A stretch of DNA of 64,000 nt from Bacillota bacterium. Lineage in GTDB: Bacteria > Bacillota > Limnochordia > DTU087. Shown piece by piece: positions 42,131 through 52,509 of this stretch (position 1 is its first letter; each line of letters starts with the position of its first letter). The notes under the pieces were generated by a model that was not told the origin of the DNA, ran no database searches, and was given only the letters and a program-made list of their open reading frames with translations. The position numbers were made by a program, and so were the translations under genes. The stretch spans positions 9,733 through 73,732 of the forward strand of contig JAAZMR010000079.1 of NCBI GenBank assembly GCA_012798695.1, in the 5' to 3' direction.

Positions 42131-42892
42131 ATGAGATACTATAGATCAAGAATCTATCATCTAGGAGTCATATTAGCCCTATTGTTCTGTTTTGCTGCTA
42201 TGAGCTCGGTGGGGTGGGGCAGGGAACTGCAGGCCAAACCCACATTAGAGCTAAAGGCAAGAACAGTTTCCCATGAGACGGAGCTAGTTTCCGGAGAGAC
42301 CAAAATACCGGTGATCAAGGGTTTAGAAGACTCTGACTTAGAGAAACAGCTAAATGAGCGGTGGGCAAGGGACATCTCCGATTTCGTGGATAAAGTGGTG
42401 GTGGAAGCTCAGGCTTTTGCCGACGAGTTTGGCGAAGAGCTTAGCCATTGGCTGCCCTTCGAGGTGGCAGTTGATTTTCAAACAGGGTATCTCGGTGAAA
42501 GATATGTCAGCATACCAATCGTATATTACTCTTTTACCGGGGGAGCCCATGGATTCCATTATCAACTGGCTACAAATGTAGACCTGCATACCGGCAAAGA
42601 CCTTACTCTCCAGGATCTGTTTACCGCAGGATATGATTATCGCCAGGCTATTCGGGATGAGGTACTCCGCCAAATGCAAGCCAATCCCTCTATCTACTTT
42701 GATGAGGCCATGGCAGATTCAGAGATTGCCCCTGATCATCCCTTCTATTTGTCAGCAGCAGGCATAGTGGTTTATTACGGACTTTATGAGGTAGCCCCCT
42801 ACTGCACTGGGATCCCCGAGTTCACTATTCCTTTTGCTTATCTTTGGGAGGGGTTGCAGCCAGCCATTCAAGCCATAGTTACGGGAAGGTAG
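42131..42892 (+). CDS. DUF3298/DUF4163 domain protein (RsiV-ectodomain-like) with N-terminal TM anchor
   Basis: YYSFTGGAHGFHY motif typical of DUF3298. AGGAGG RBS 8 nt before ATG 42131. Confidence 0.6.
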   Translation: MRYYRSRIYHLGVILALLFCFAAMSSVGWGRELQAKPTLELKARTVSHETELVSGETKIPVIKGLEDSDLEKQLNERWARDISDFVDKVVVEAQAFADEFGEELSHWLPFEVAVDFQTGYLGERYVSIPIVYYSFTGGAHGFHYQLATNVDLHTGKDLTLQDLFTAGYDYRQAIRDEVLRQMQANPSIYFDEAMADSEIAPDHPFYLSAAGIVVYYGLYEVAPYCTGIPEFTIPFAYLWEGLQPAIQAIVTGR

Positions 42893-42941
42893 GTTAGCGT
42901 ATGGCGGTTGTTGTCACTTGCTCGTCCTACTAGAGAACAGG

Positions 42942-42969
42942 AAAGGCGGGCTCGGCCCGCCCTTCCATT
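42942..42969. terminator. bidirectional terminator GGCGGGC-TCG-GCCCGCC
   Basis: 7-bp GC stem between convergent genes. Confidence 0.55.
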
Positions 42970-43002
42970 TAGAGCACCAGTTTGAATTGCCAACGGCAAA
43001 TG

Positions 43003-43488
43003 TCAGAGCTTGATCTTGATAGCTTTGTCTAGTTCTACCACATAGCAATCATTCGTATAGGTATGAGGTGGCAGAACTACCATACCAATGGTTGTCTCTT
43101 CTCCCATTACGAAAGGCCCGTGATGCCAGACACCTCTCTTCATTCTGGCCCACCAGCCCGCGGGTAGGCGAAATACCCGAAATGCATCCATGGGTGGTTT
43201 ATTGCTGCCAGCGGGACCCACATGGAAGCAGACATCCTTGGTAAAGCCACCGAAGACCTCTTCTGTCCGCTCATGTATCTCAGCTAGGGTGATAACAAAG
43301 GGGCGTGGTTTGACAACTAGTGGATTGAAGGCTGCATAATTGGAGGCACAGAACTGCTGCAATATCCGATCAGGAAAAAACTGAACGGGATCATCTTTGC
43401 TGCCAACTGGATCTCCACAGTCTGCAGGGTTCAAAAAGCGTCCAAAAGGTTCAAACGCCTCAACTGTTAGTTCCTCTACCTTGAGCAT
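43003..43488 (-). CDS. ureidoglycolate-lyase-like cupin (AllA family)
   Basis: 161 aa. GVWHHGPF resembles the AllA NVWHHPLF motif. By-eye call only. Confidence 0.5.
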   Translation of the reverse strand: MLKVEELTVEAFEPFGRFLNPADCGDPVGSKDDPVQFFPDRILQQFCASNYAAFNPLVVKPRPFVITLAEIHERTEEVFGGFTKDVCFHVGPAGSNKPPMDAFRVFRLPAGWWARMKRGVWHHGPFVMGEETTIGMVVLPPHTYTNDCYVVELDKAIKIKL

Positions 43489-43585
43489 ATGTTGGATTCC
43501 TCCCTTTCAAACTGCCAAGCTTAGTAAGGCGATATGACAGACTATGGTTATAAGTTTCCCCACTATCTGGTAGATTCCTGCCCAG

Positions 43586-44251
43586 CTAGCTGTTGTCGGC
43601 ATGGCGCAACTCCGATGTCCACTGACTGGTGGACTGGAGCCAAGTAGAAGCAATCAGACCATGACCGGCTAATGTAGGGTGGACTCCGTCTTCTGCCCAG
43701 AAAGAGGGCGTCACCTTAGTACAAGCTGCTGCTAAGATCCCATCCAAGGGAACATATATAGCGGAAAACTCGGCAGCTAGCTCCCGAACAGCCTGAATGC
43801 GCGGGTTTAGGTCTTCTCTCCAGGCCAGGCGATCGGCTGGCTGGTTTAGCACAAAGGGTTCACATATGATGAGGCGGGCATTGGTATGCTGAGTGGTTTG
43901 CTCCAGCAATTGGCGGTAGGCTGCCTTGAATTCGCCTATCGGTGAGATCATATCCTGGTCGTAGCGGCGCCATGTGTCATTAATTCCGACCAAAATGCTG
44001 ACCCAGTTCGGCTTGAGCTCGATGCAATCTGTCTGCCATCGGTCGACTAGATCATATACCCGGTCTCCACTGACTCCTCTATTGAAGATGGTTAATTGTA
44101 ATTGAGGATAATGGGCCCAAAGATAGGCAGCGATCAGGGCAGGATAGCCACTTCCTAATGCATAATCATCGGTGCGTTCTCGTCCACAATCAGTTACACT
44201 GTCTCCTTGAAATAGTATCCGATCTCCTTTCTGAAAAGGCATGTTCACCAT
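43586..44251 (-). CDS. SGNH/GDSL hydrolase family protein
   Basis: N-terminal GDSVTD block, DTWRRYD, C-terminal DGVHPT. Confidence 0.75.
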   Translation of the reverse strand: MVNMPFQKGDRILFQGDSVTDCGRERTDDYALGSGYPALIAAYLWAHYPQLQLTIFNRGVSGDRVYDLVDRWQTDCIELKPNWVSILVGINDTWRRYDQDMISPIGEFKAAYRQLLEQTTQHTNARLIICEPFVLNQPADRLAWREDLNPRIQAVRELAAEFSAIYVPLDGILAAACTKVTPSFWAEDGVHPTLAGHGLIASTWLQSTSQWTSELRHADNS

Positions 44252-44459
44252 AGATTAATCCCCCTTTTTTGACACAACCTACTAGATTTAGCATCTCTAT
44301 CCTTGCTTTATCCAATTGTAACACAAGTCTTTGAGTTGGCATACCTACATCCTCCTTGGGTTCAACGCAGGAAACTGCTGATCCTAACAAGAATTACCGG
44401 TTGGAGAGATAAAGGCAGGGCAGAGCTGCCTTTTGGCCCAGGGAGGGTGATTTTTGAAC

Positions 44460-45989
44460 ATGTCTAAGAATGTTCTGCTGGGAATAGATATCGGTACATC
44501 CAGCTGCAAAGTAGCGGCCTTTTCTCTAGTAGGAGAAACGCTAGGCACAGCTGCTTGGCCATATGAGATCATGCGCAATACGGCCTATGAGGCTGAGCAA
44601 GATGCGGAAGAGTGGTGGCAGGCTGTCTGCTTCTGCCTTCAGGACCTCTTGGGTAAGGGTGCCTTTCAGCCCCAGGATGTAGCTGCTATTGGAGTTGTCG
44701 GGCATAGTTGGGCCACACTACCGGTAGATGAGCAAGGCAATCCTCTTCGCAATGCTATGTTGTGGTTGGATAGGCGTTCACTTCCCGAGTGCCGATACCT
44801 AGCACAGGCGGTGGGAGAAGAATACATGCTTGAGCTCAGTGGCAATAGGATCGATCCCGCGTATTGTGTGCCAAAGATGCATTGGATCAGAAACAATGAG
44901 CCTCATGTATATGCCCAAGCCCACAAGTTTCTGCAATCCAACAGTTTTATAGTACACAAACTAACCGGTGTATTCACTCAGGATGCTTCCCAAGGCTATG
45001 GTTATTATGTCTTCGATACAGATCGGCGCAACTGGTCTGAGGCAGCCTGTGAACGCATGGCCATTGCTCATGAGCTGCTTCCGGAGGTCTACGAATCGGT
45101 GGAAGTGGTGGGAGAAGTGACCTCACGGGCTGCTTCTGTCACCGGGCTGGCTGCAGGTACCCCGGTTGTAGCTGGGGGAGTGGATTGCGCAGGTGCTTGT
45201 TTGGGTGCTGGTTTGATCGAGCATGGTGCAACACAGGAACAGGCGGGTCAAGCTGGAGGCATGACGATTGTCACAGATCGTCCTTACAAAGATTCACGCT
45301 TAATCAGCGGCTGTCACGTAATTGACCAGTGTTGGCATCTATCAGGGGGTACAGTCAGTGGCGGAGTCCTTAATTGGTTCCATGGGAGCATTCTGGCCGC
45401 TGGCAGTGATCTCTCTCCCTTAGGGGATGGGGAGCAACAACCCTTTGAAAGACTCAGCCTAGAGGCAGAGATGTCCTCAGCCGGTGCTGGTGGGTTGCTA
45501 TTTCTTCCTTATATGGCCGGTGAGAGAACGCCTATTTGGGATCCCCAGGCGAGGGGAGTGTTCATGGGGCTCTCTTATGAGAAGACTCGCGGGGATGTGG
45601 TTCGTTCCATGATGGAAGGCGCGGCCTTTGCCCTCAAGCATAATCTGACAGTGGCCGGTGAAGCAGGAATCATGCCAGCAGGTTTGATCAGTGTGGGGGG
45701 TGGCGCCAAGAGCCGGGTTTGGTGCCAGATCAAGGCCGATGTGACTCAATTGCCTCTAGGTATTCCCAGCATAGAGGATGGTACCGTATTCGGTGCAGCG
45801 GTTCTAGGCGGTATTGGGGTCAATGCATTTAGCGATTGGCAGAAAGCATTGAAAGAGATGGTGGCAGTGAAGCAGTGGTATCAACCTAGTGGCACCAATA
45901 CAGAGGTATATGATGAGTTATACCAGATTTACCTAAAGAGCTATGCAGTTCTCAAAGACCGGCTTCACCAATTGGCAAGCATGGGCTGA
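44460..45989 (+). CDS. FGGY-family carbohydrate kinase (xylulokinase-like)
   Basis: GIDIGTSSCK N-terminal motif and FGGY C-terminal domain. AGGGAGG RBS before ATG 44460. Confidence 0.85.
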   Translation: MSKNVLLGIDIGTSSCKVAAFSLVGETLGTAAWPYEIMRNTAYEAEQDAEEWWQAVCFCLQDLLGKGAFQPQDVAAIGVVGHSWATLPVDEQGNPLRNAMLWLDRRSLPECRYLAQAVGEEYMLELSGNRIDPAYCVPKMHWIRNNEPHVYAQAHKFLQSNSFIVHKLTGVFTQDASQGYGYYVFDTDRRNWSEAACERMAIAHELLPEVYESVEVVGEVTSRAASVTGLAAGTPVVAGGVDCAGACLGAGLIEHGATQEQAGQAGGMTIVTDRPYKDSRLISGCHVIDQCWHLSGGTVSGGVLNWFHGSILAAGSDLSPLGDGEQQPFERLSLEAEMSSAGAGGLLFLPYMAGERTPIWDPQARGVFMGLSYEKTRGDVVRSMMEGAAFALKHNLTVAGEAGIMPAGLISVGGGAKSRVWCQIKADVTQLPLGIPSIEDGTVFGAAVLGGIGVNAFSDWQKALKEMVAVKQWYQPSGTNTEVYDELYQIYLKSYAVLKDRLHQLASMG

Positions 45990-46103
45990 TGGCCGGCAAG
46001 TTTTCTATAGATGGCATGTCAAACCTACTTATGGGTTTTCACAATGGCTTCTCAGAAGAAAGGGGGTGGGGCGCACTGCTCCCTGTTGCTGGGTGATAGT
46101 AGT

Positions 46104-47168
46104 GTGCTCAAATTAGTGAGAGTTGTAGCAATTCACGGTCCCGGAGATATTCGTATTGACAATGTAGAGACACCTAATCCAGGGTCTAATGAAGTAATTG
46201 TTAGGGTCAAGGCCTGTGGAATCTGTGGTTCTGATCTGCCTCGGGCTTTTGGTGATGGGGCCCATTTTTACCCGGTTGTTGTCGGCCACGAGGCCGCTGG
46301 AGAGGTTGCGGTTATCGGCAGTCAGGTCCAGCATCTGCACGTGGGGGATCGGGTAGTTGTGGCACCATTGGTTCCGTGCATGAGCTGTCAGTTTTGCCAG
46401 CAGGGGGTATACTCCCTTTGCCGGTCATATAGTTTTATCGGATCCCGTCAACAAGGATGCATGGCAGAATATGTGCGTGTTCCCAGTAGGTGTCTTGTGA
46501 AAATGCCTCCAGAGCTTTCCTATGAGGAAGCGGCTATGGTAGAACCGGCTACCGTTTCTTTGCATGTCCTACTGCGGGTAGGGGTGGCTGGTTCCCGGGT
46601 GGTAGTTCTCGGTACAGGCACCATTGGGCTCTTAGCGGTGCAATGGGCTCGATTTCTGGGAGCATCTCAAGTCATAGCAGTGGATATTGATGACTTCAAA
46701 TTGGAGATTGCCACTAAGATAGGTGCTGATGTAGCAATTAATAGCGCGAGAGAGCCTGATCAAGGCTTGGCTCAGTTGAGAGAGGCTACTGATGGGCATC
46801 TGGCTGACATAGTGGTAGAGACCGCCGGCAACCCGGCAACCCAGGTACAGGCGGTTGAGGTTGCCGCCAGCAATGGTCATGTACTTTATGTTGGTACAGC
46901 CGATAAAGATGTTCATTTCCCTGCTCCGACCTTTGAAATGATTCTGCGTAAGGAGCTCAACATATTGGGATCATGGATGTCTTACTCACCACCTTTTCCT
47001 GGGAAAGAATGGAGCATGGCTATCTCGGCTTTGGCGCAGGGTAGGATTAGGGTTGAGGATCTAATTACTCATCGGTTTGAGCTCGATCATGCAAACCTGG
47101 CCCTAGAGACGATGCGTGATGGGATTAATACTGTGAAAGTCATGCTGCTTTGCGCAAAAGAAAGCTAG
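46104..47168 (+). CDS. Zn-dependent medium-chain dehydrogenase, sorbitol/L-iditol dehydrogenase-like
   Basis: CGICGSD structural Zn site, GHEAAG catalytic Zn site, GxGxxG. Start codon uncertain (GTG 46104). Confidence 0.8.
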   Translation: MLKLVRVVAIHGPGDIRIDNVETPNPGSNEVIVRVKACGICGSDLPRAFGDGAHFYPVVVGHEAAGEVAVIGSQVQHLHVGDRVVVAPLVPCMSCQFCQQGVYSLCRSYSFIGSRQQGCMAEYVRVPSRCLVKMPPELSYEEAAMVEPATVSLHVLLRVGVAGSRVVVLGTGTIGLLAVQWARFLGASQVIAVDIDDFKLEIATKIGADVAINSAREPDQGLAQLREATDGHLADIVVETAGNPATQVQAVEVAASNGHVLYVGTADKDVHFPAPTFEMILRKELNILGSWMSYSPPFPGKEWSMAISALAQGRIRVEDLITHRFELDHANLALETMRDGINTVKVMLLCAKES

Positions 47169-47213
47169 ATATATCGGACTTTATGGCAAAACTAGTCCCA
47201 GAGGTGGTGCAGA

Positions 47214-48623
47214 ATGGTCAGAAAAGCCGATATCGGCGTAGTTGGATTGGGAGTAATGGGTCAAAGTCTTTCCTTGAATTTGGCGGGACATGGCTACCGA
47301 GTAGCAGTCTACAACCGCAGACAGGAAAGAATCGATGAGTTTATCCAGGGCCCGGCTCAGGGTAAAGAGATTGTGGGCACTTATTCGTGGCAGGATCTCG
47401 CTGCTTCGTTGAGTCGACCTCGAAAGGTCTTTCTAATGGTCAAGGCGGGTCCACCGGTAGATGCTGTCATCAAAGAGTTATTAACCGTTCTTGCTCCCGG
47501 TGATGTAATCATGGATGGTGGCAATTCGCATTTCAAGGATACTATCAACAGGCATACTCTGCTCAGAGAAAAAGGCATCTTGTATCTTGGTATTGGCATC
47601 TCGGGAGGCGAAGAAGGGGCCTTAAGGGGACCGAGCATTATGCCTGGAGGGGATAAGGAAGCCTGGGAGCTTGTCTCCGAGCCTTTGCTGGCTATAGCCG
47701 CCAAGGCGGGTGATGAACCATGTTGCGCGTATCTGGGGTCAGGAGGAGTAGGTCATTTCGTTAAGATGGTGCATAATGGTATCGAATATGGAGATATGCA
47801 GCTGATCAGTGAAGCTTATTTTCTCATGCAGGAGCTGCTGGGTATGTCAGCTGCCGAGATCGGCCAAGTCTTCCAGGCCTGGAATCAGGGAGAGTTGGAG
47901 TCCTATCTAATCGAAATTACCGCTGATATCCTCTCCCGAGTTGATGAGCAAACCGGACAGCCGTTAGTCGATGTGATTCTCGATGAAGCTCAACAAAAAG
48001 GCACAGGCAAATGGACTGCACAAGAGGCGATGGAATTGGGAGTGCCGACACCCACGATCGCTGAAGCAGTTTTTGCGCGGGCCCTTTCTGCCCTAAAAGA
48101 GGAACGAGTTACAGCATCTGGATCACTGGCTGGACCAAAGGTGCGATTTGATGGTGGAGAGCGCCAGCTGCTAGAGGATATCGAGCATGCTTTGTATGCA
48201 TCGAAGATCTGTTCCTATGCTCAGGGGTTTTCCCTTTTGAAAGAAGCTAGTCGGCATTATGCATGGGATCTGGATCTGGGCCAGGTAGCTCTGATTTGGC
48301 GTGGAGGTTGTATCATTCGAGCCAGGTTTTTGGATGAAATCACCTCTGCTTTTCGCCGTGACGCCCAACTGAGCAATCTTCTGCTAGATCCGTATTTTCG
48401 AGAAGTGGTCAATGCAGGCCAGGCAGGCTGGCGGCGAGTAGTATCGGCAGCGGTCAGCAGCGGAATACCTGTTCCGGGTTTTGGCTCTGCACTATCTTAC
48501 TATGACTCCTATCGGAGAGGTCGTCTACCGGCTAATTTGGTCCAGGCCCAGCGAGATTACTTTGGTGCCCATACCTATAAGCGGGTAGACATGCCCGGTA
48601 GTTTTCACACCCAATGGTTGTAG
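47214..48623 (+). CDS. gnd: 6-phosphogluconate dehydrogenase (decarboxylating)
   Basis: GLGVMGQSLSLN N-terminus and conserved gnd C-terminal domain. Confidence 0.9.
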   Translation: MVRKADIGVVGLGVMGQSLSLNLAGHGYRVAVYNRRQERIDEFIQGPAQGKEIVGTYSWQDLAASLSRPRKVFLMVKAGPPVDAVIKELLTVLAPGDVIMDGGNSHFKDTINRHTLLREKGILYLGIGISGGEEGALRGPSIMPGGDKEAWELVSEPLLAIAAKAGDEPCCAYLGSGGVGHFVKMVHNGIEYGDMQLISEAYFLMQELLGMSAAEIGQVFQAWNQGELESYLIEITADILSRVDEQTGQPLVDVILDEAQQKGTGKWTAQEAMELGVPTPTIAEAVFARALSALKEERVTASGSLAGPKVRFDGGERQLLEDIEHALYASKICSYAQGFSLLKEASRHYAWDLDLGQVALIWRGGCIIRARFLDEITSAFRRDAQLSNLLLDPYFREVVNAGQAGWRRVVSAAVSSGIPVPGFGSALSYYDSYRRGRLPANLVQAQRDYFGAHTYKRVDMPGSFHTQWL

Positions 48624-48737
48624 AAGAAAGCACGAAAGTTGTGATTCCCGCTGGGGTGGGGCTCTGGATTTTGGCTATCAGTGGGGTATTAGTGTGGAAC
48701 TGGGCTTTGGTGGCCGCTGCTGAGGAGGTAAGCTTGC

Positions 48738-50282
48738 TTGTCTATGACACCAAGTTCTGAGCTTGATCCTTGTATTCTGGTCATCTTCGGTGCTACTGGG
48801 GATTTGACTCAAAGAAAGCTGTATCCCGCATTGGCAAGCCTGGCATCCGCAGGGCGTCTGCCGGATAGCTTCGCCGTAGTAGCGGTGGGCAGGAGAGACA
48901 AGACTGATGGAATGGTGCGCCAAGAGGCGAACAGGGCCGCAGGGGTGGATGCGGGTAAGGTGAATGTTGATCGGGCTGGCAAGCTCTTTCAACGACTTCA
49001 CTACTTCAAAATGGATTTCGACGATACGGCTGCCTATCCGCGGCTGAGGGGTCTCTTGGAGAGGTTGGATGAGGAATATCACACGGGAGGAAACCGCATA
49101 TATTTCCTGGCTGTGGCACCTCATTATTTCGGCACTATTGCCGCCCATCTGCATAGCCAGGGCATGGCAGCCAATACGGGACCCTGGCAGCGAGTGGTGG
49201 TAGAAAAACCTTTTGGGCGCAATTTAGTTTCGGCCCGTCAGTTGAATCAGCGACTCACCCAGGCCTTTAGTGAAAAACAAGTATATCGCATTGATCACTA
49301 TTTGGGTAAGGAAATGCTCCAGAATCTCATGGTGATCAGGTTTGCTAACACTCTATTTGAACCTCTTTGGAACAGTCGCTATATCGAAGAGGTGCAGATC
49401 AGTGTCAGTGAAACAGTAGGGGTAGAGGGTAGAGGTGCTTACTATGAGGAAGCCGGGGCACTCAGGGATATGGTCCAAAACCATATGCTGCAACTGCTAA
49501 CCTTGACTGCCATGGAGCCACCGGCAGCCTTAGATGCTGATTCTATTCGTGATGAGAAGGTAAAGGTACTGCGCTCTATACGCCCTAGTAGCCTGGAGGA
49601 GCTTGCCTCTTCAGCCATACGAGGGCAATATGGGCGTGGCATGATTGATGGCCGGCCGGTAGTTGGGTATAGACAGGAGGAGCGAGTAGATGCGGCTTCC
49701 CAAACAGAGACTTATGTGGCTTTGAAGGTTCATATCGATAGCTTCCGGTGGAGTGGAGTGCCCTTCTATTTGCGGACCGGCAAGCGACTGCCGGTTCGAT
49801 CGGCAGAAATTATCATCAGATTTCGAGAGCAGCCTGGTGTACTGTACTTTAGGCAAAAACATGATATGCTCGGACCCAATTTGCTGGTGATCAAGATCCA
49901 ACCAGAGGAAGGTGTTTTCCTGCAGTTCAATGCCAAACAGCCTGGAACTCAAAGCACGATCGTACCGGTCAAAATGGACTACTGCCAGAACTGCCATGCG
50001 GGGCTTAACTCTCCCGAGGCCTATGAAAGATTGTTAGCTGATGTAATGCGGGGCGATTCGACCCTTTTCACTCGTTGGGATGAGGTAGAGTATGCCTGGA
50101 ATTTCATTGATCAGATCGCCCTGATGTGGGAGAAATCGGAGGCAAAACTTGAGCTCTATCCAGCTGGCAGCTGGGGCCCGTTAGGGGCAGATAGATTGCT
50201 GCACGCAAATGGACATAAATGGCTCTTACCCTTTCAGTGTTTGCTGAGTGAGCGGCCCAGTTACAGCTCTCCCGATGGCTGA
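48738..50282 (+). CDS. zwf: glucose-6-phosphate 1-dehydrogenase
   Basis: GATGDLTQRKL, RIDHYLGKE and EKPFG motifs. TTG start 8 nt after GAGGAGG. Confidence 0.9.
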   Translation: MSMTPSSELDPCILVIFGATGDLTQRKLYPALASLASAGRLPDSFAVVAVGRRDKTDGMVRQEANRAAGVDAGKVNVDRAGKLFQRLHYFKMDFDDTAAYPRLRGLLERLDEEYHTGGNRIYFLAVAPHYFGTIAAHLHSQGMAANTGPWQRVVVEKPFGRNLVSARQLNQRLTQAFSEKQVYRIDHYLGKEMLQNLMVIRFANTLFEPLWNSRYIEEVQISVSETVGVEGRGAYYEEAGALRDMVQNHMLQLLTLTAMEPPAALDADSIRDEKVKVLRSIRPSSLEELASSAIRGQYGRGMIDGRPVVGYRQEERVDAASQTETYVALKVHIDSFRWSGVPFYLRTGKRLPVRSAEIIIRFREQPGVLYFRQKHDMLGPNLLVIKIQPEEGVFLQFNAKQPGTQSTIVPVKMDYCQNCHAGLNSPEAYERLLADVMRGDSTLFTRWDEVEYAWNFIDQIALMWEKSEAKLELYPAGSWGPLGADRLLHANGHKWLLPFQCLLSERPSYSSPDG

Positions 50283-50301
50283 ACCCTAAGGAGGTGTACA
50301 T

Positions 50302-50934
50302 GTGGTACAGTTTTACGATGTCTCAATGCCGATTGATGAGAAAATGGCGGTATACAAGAACCGAGAGGAGAACCGGCCCCGGCTCGAAATCAAACGGGAT
50401 TTCAATGCCGGTGCCCGAGAAACAAGCCTGACTCTATATATGCACGCAGGCACTCATGTGGATGCACCCTTTCATTTTCTGCCAGAAGGTGATAGGATTC
50501 ATACTCTCCCAGTTGAGGAAGTGATCAGGCCCTGTAGAGTGTTGGATATGACTAGTGCTGCAGAAAAGATAGTACCAGCCGATTTGCAGGGCAAAGATAT
50601 TCGAGCTGGCGAGTTCGTTTTGTTCAAGACGAAAAATTCGTATGTCGATGAATTTGACCCCAAGTACGTTTTTCTCGATACTGCCGCAGCAGAGTACCTT
50701 GTGGCACAGGGAGTGCGGGGGGTGGGGATCGATGCTTTCAGCATTGAGCGGGATCAGCCAAAACACCCGACTCACCGGTTACTGCTCAGGGAAAAGATCG
50801 TGATTATTGAGGGGTTGCGGCTGGCGGAGGTATCAGAAGGGGAGTACCTACTGATTGCGCTCCCGTTAGCTATAGTGGGTGCTGAGGCGTCGCCTTCCCG
50901 GGTAGTACTAGTTAAGGGCAGCCTGGAACCCTAA
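50302..50934 (+). CDS. cyclase family protein (kynurenine-formamidase-like)
   Basis: HAGTHVDAPFHF motif. GTG start after AAGGAGGTG. Confidence 0.75.
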   Translation: MVQFYDVSMPIDEKMAVYKNREENRPRLEIKRDFNAGARETSLTLYMHAGTHVDAPFHFLPEGDRIHTLPVEEVIRPCRVLDMTSAAEKIVPADLQGKDIRAGEFVLFKTKNSYVDEFDPKYVFLDTAAAEYLVAQGVRGVGIDAFSIERDQPKHPTHRLLLREKIVIIEGLRLAEVSEGEYLLIALPLAIVGAEASPSRVVLVKGSLEP

Positions 50935-51028
50935 GGGCGGCTTGCCCATTGATGCAGGAGGAATTAGCATAGAGGGCGAAAGAGAAGGCGAAGCATAGCA
51001 AATTTCAGAAAAAGAGGTGTATACTGAC

Positions 51029-52351
51029 ATGGCGAAAATCGCCTTTATAGGCGCCGGAAGTCTCGGCTTTACTCGCTCTTTGGTTAGAGACCTGTTGACT
51101 TTTCCGTTACTAGCCGATTCCACTATTGCACTCATGGATATTGACGAAGAACGTCTGGATTTCGCTAAACGAGCAGTGGAGAGGATTGTCAGAGCGGGTA
51201 ATTATCCGGCTAGGGTAGTGGCGACCCTGGATCGTAAGGAAGCTTTAGAGGGTGCTGACGCAGTCTTATGTACAATCTTAGCTGGAGACGTATCAGTCTG
51301 GCGACATGATATCGAAATCCCCAAACAGTTCAATGTTGATACCAATGTGGGTGATACGCGAGGCCCTTCCGGAGTGTTTAGAGCTCTAAGGACCATTCCG
51401 GTTATGCTGGATATCTGCCATGATATGGAGCAGCTCTGTCCAGATGCCATCTTGCTAAATTACACCAATCCCATGTCTATGCTTTGTCGGGCCATGCAGC
51501 GTGAGACAGCGGTGAAGGTGACCGGTTTGTGTCATAGTGTGCAGGGGACCGCGGCCATGTTGGCTCGCTGGATCGGGGCCTCCATGAAAGACATCGATTA
51601 TGTTTGTGCAGGGATTAACCATCAGGCTTGGTACCTAGAATACAAATGGGACAAGAAAGACGCCTATCCTTTGCTCCGGGAAGCTGTTGCTCGGCCTGAG
51701 ATCTACAATGAGGAAATTGTTCGCAACGAGATGTTCCTGCACCTCGATTATTATGTAACTGAATCTAGTGGACACAACTCTGAGTACAATTGGTGGTTCA
51801 GAAAGCGGCCGGAGCTGATCGAGCAGTACTGTATTCACGGCACCGGTTGGAACCCTGGGGAGTATGCCTACATCCTCAAGGAATATCTCCGCAGGGAGGA
51901 TAGTTGGATGCAGGATGTAGAGGAATGGTTTCAACAAGAGGAGCTCGATCTTAATCGGGGCGAAGAATATGCTGCCCATATCATTAATGCCTATCTCGGT
52001 GGTGCGCCCTATGAGTTCAATGGCAATGTCCCCAATACCGGTCTAATCCCGAACCTGCCAAACGAGGCGTGTGTAGAGGTTCCAGTACTGGCTGACCGCA
52101 AAGGGTTTAACCCCATATATGTGGGTGAATTGCCGCCACAGCTAGCTGCCTTGAACAATATCAGTATTGCGGTAGAGGAAATGGCAGTCGAAGGAGCTTT
52201 AACAGGAGATCCACGATTAGTGTTTCACGCTATTTGCTATGATCCGCTGACAGCAGCCGTATGTTCATTGGCTGAGATCAAGGAAATGGTCAAAGCTATG
52301 TTTATCCAAAACCAGGATTATTTACCACAATTTAAGACCACAAAGTTTTAG
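51029..52351 (+). CDS. glycoside hydrolase family 4 (NAD/Mn-dependent alpha-glucosidase/alpha-galactosidase)
   Basis: N-terminal Rossmann KIAFIGAGS and GH4 Cys/His catalytic region. Confidence 0.85.
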   Translation: MAKIAFIGAGSLGFTRSLVRDLLTFPLLADSTIALMDIDEERLDFAKRAVERIVRAGNYPARVVATLDRKEALEGADAVLCTILAGDVSVWRHDIEIPKQFNVDTNVGDTRGPSGVFRALRTIPVMLDICHDMEQLCPDAILLNYTNPMSMLCRAMQRETAVKVTGLCHSVQGTAAMLARWIGASMKDIDYVCAGINHQAWYLEYKWDKKDAYPLLREAVARPEIYNEEIVRNEMFLHLDYYVTESSGHNSEYNWWFRKRPELIEQYCIHGTGWNPGEYAYILKEYLRREDSWMQDVEEWFQQEELDLNRGEEYAAHIINAYLGGAPYEFNGNVPNTGLIPNLPNEACVEVPVLADRKGFNPIYVGELPPQLAALNNISIAVEEMAVEGALTGDPRLVFHAICYDPLTAAVCSLAEIKEMVKAMFIQNQDYLPQFKTTKF

Positions 52352-52399
52352 AGTAGGTCTCACGCAAAAGTGGGTGCCTAGTAGATTGAGGAAAAGCTG

Positions 52400-52436
52400 C
52401 CCGTTGGCTTGTGCAGTTCAGCCGACGGGTATCTTA
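52400..52436 (+). terminator. terminator CCCGTTGGC ... GCCGACGGG plus T-rich tail, end of the + strand sugar cluster
   Basis: 9-bp stem followed by TATCTTATT. Confidence 0.6.
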
Positions 52437-52509
52437 TTGGTTGGGAGGGCCGTTCTGTCTCGCAAGGTCTGTAATTTCGCAATTTGTGGTCTTAGGCATT
52501 TTCCCCAGT

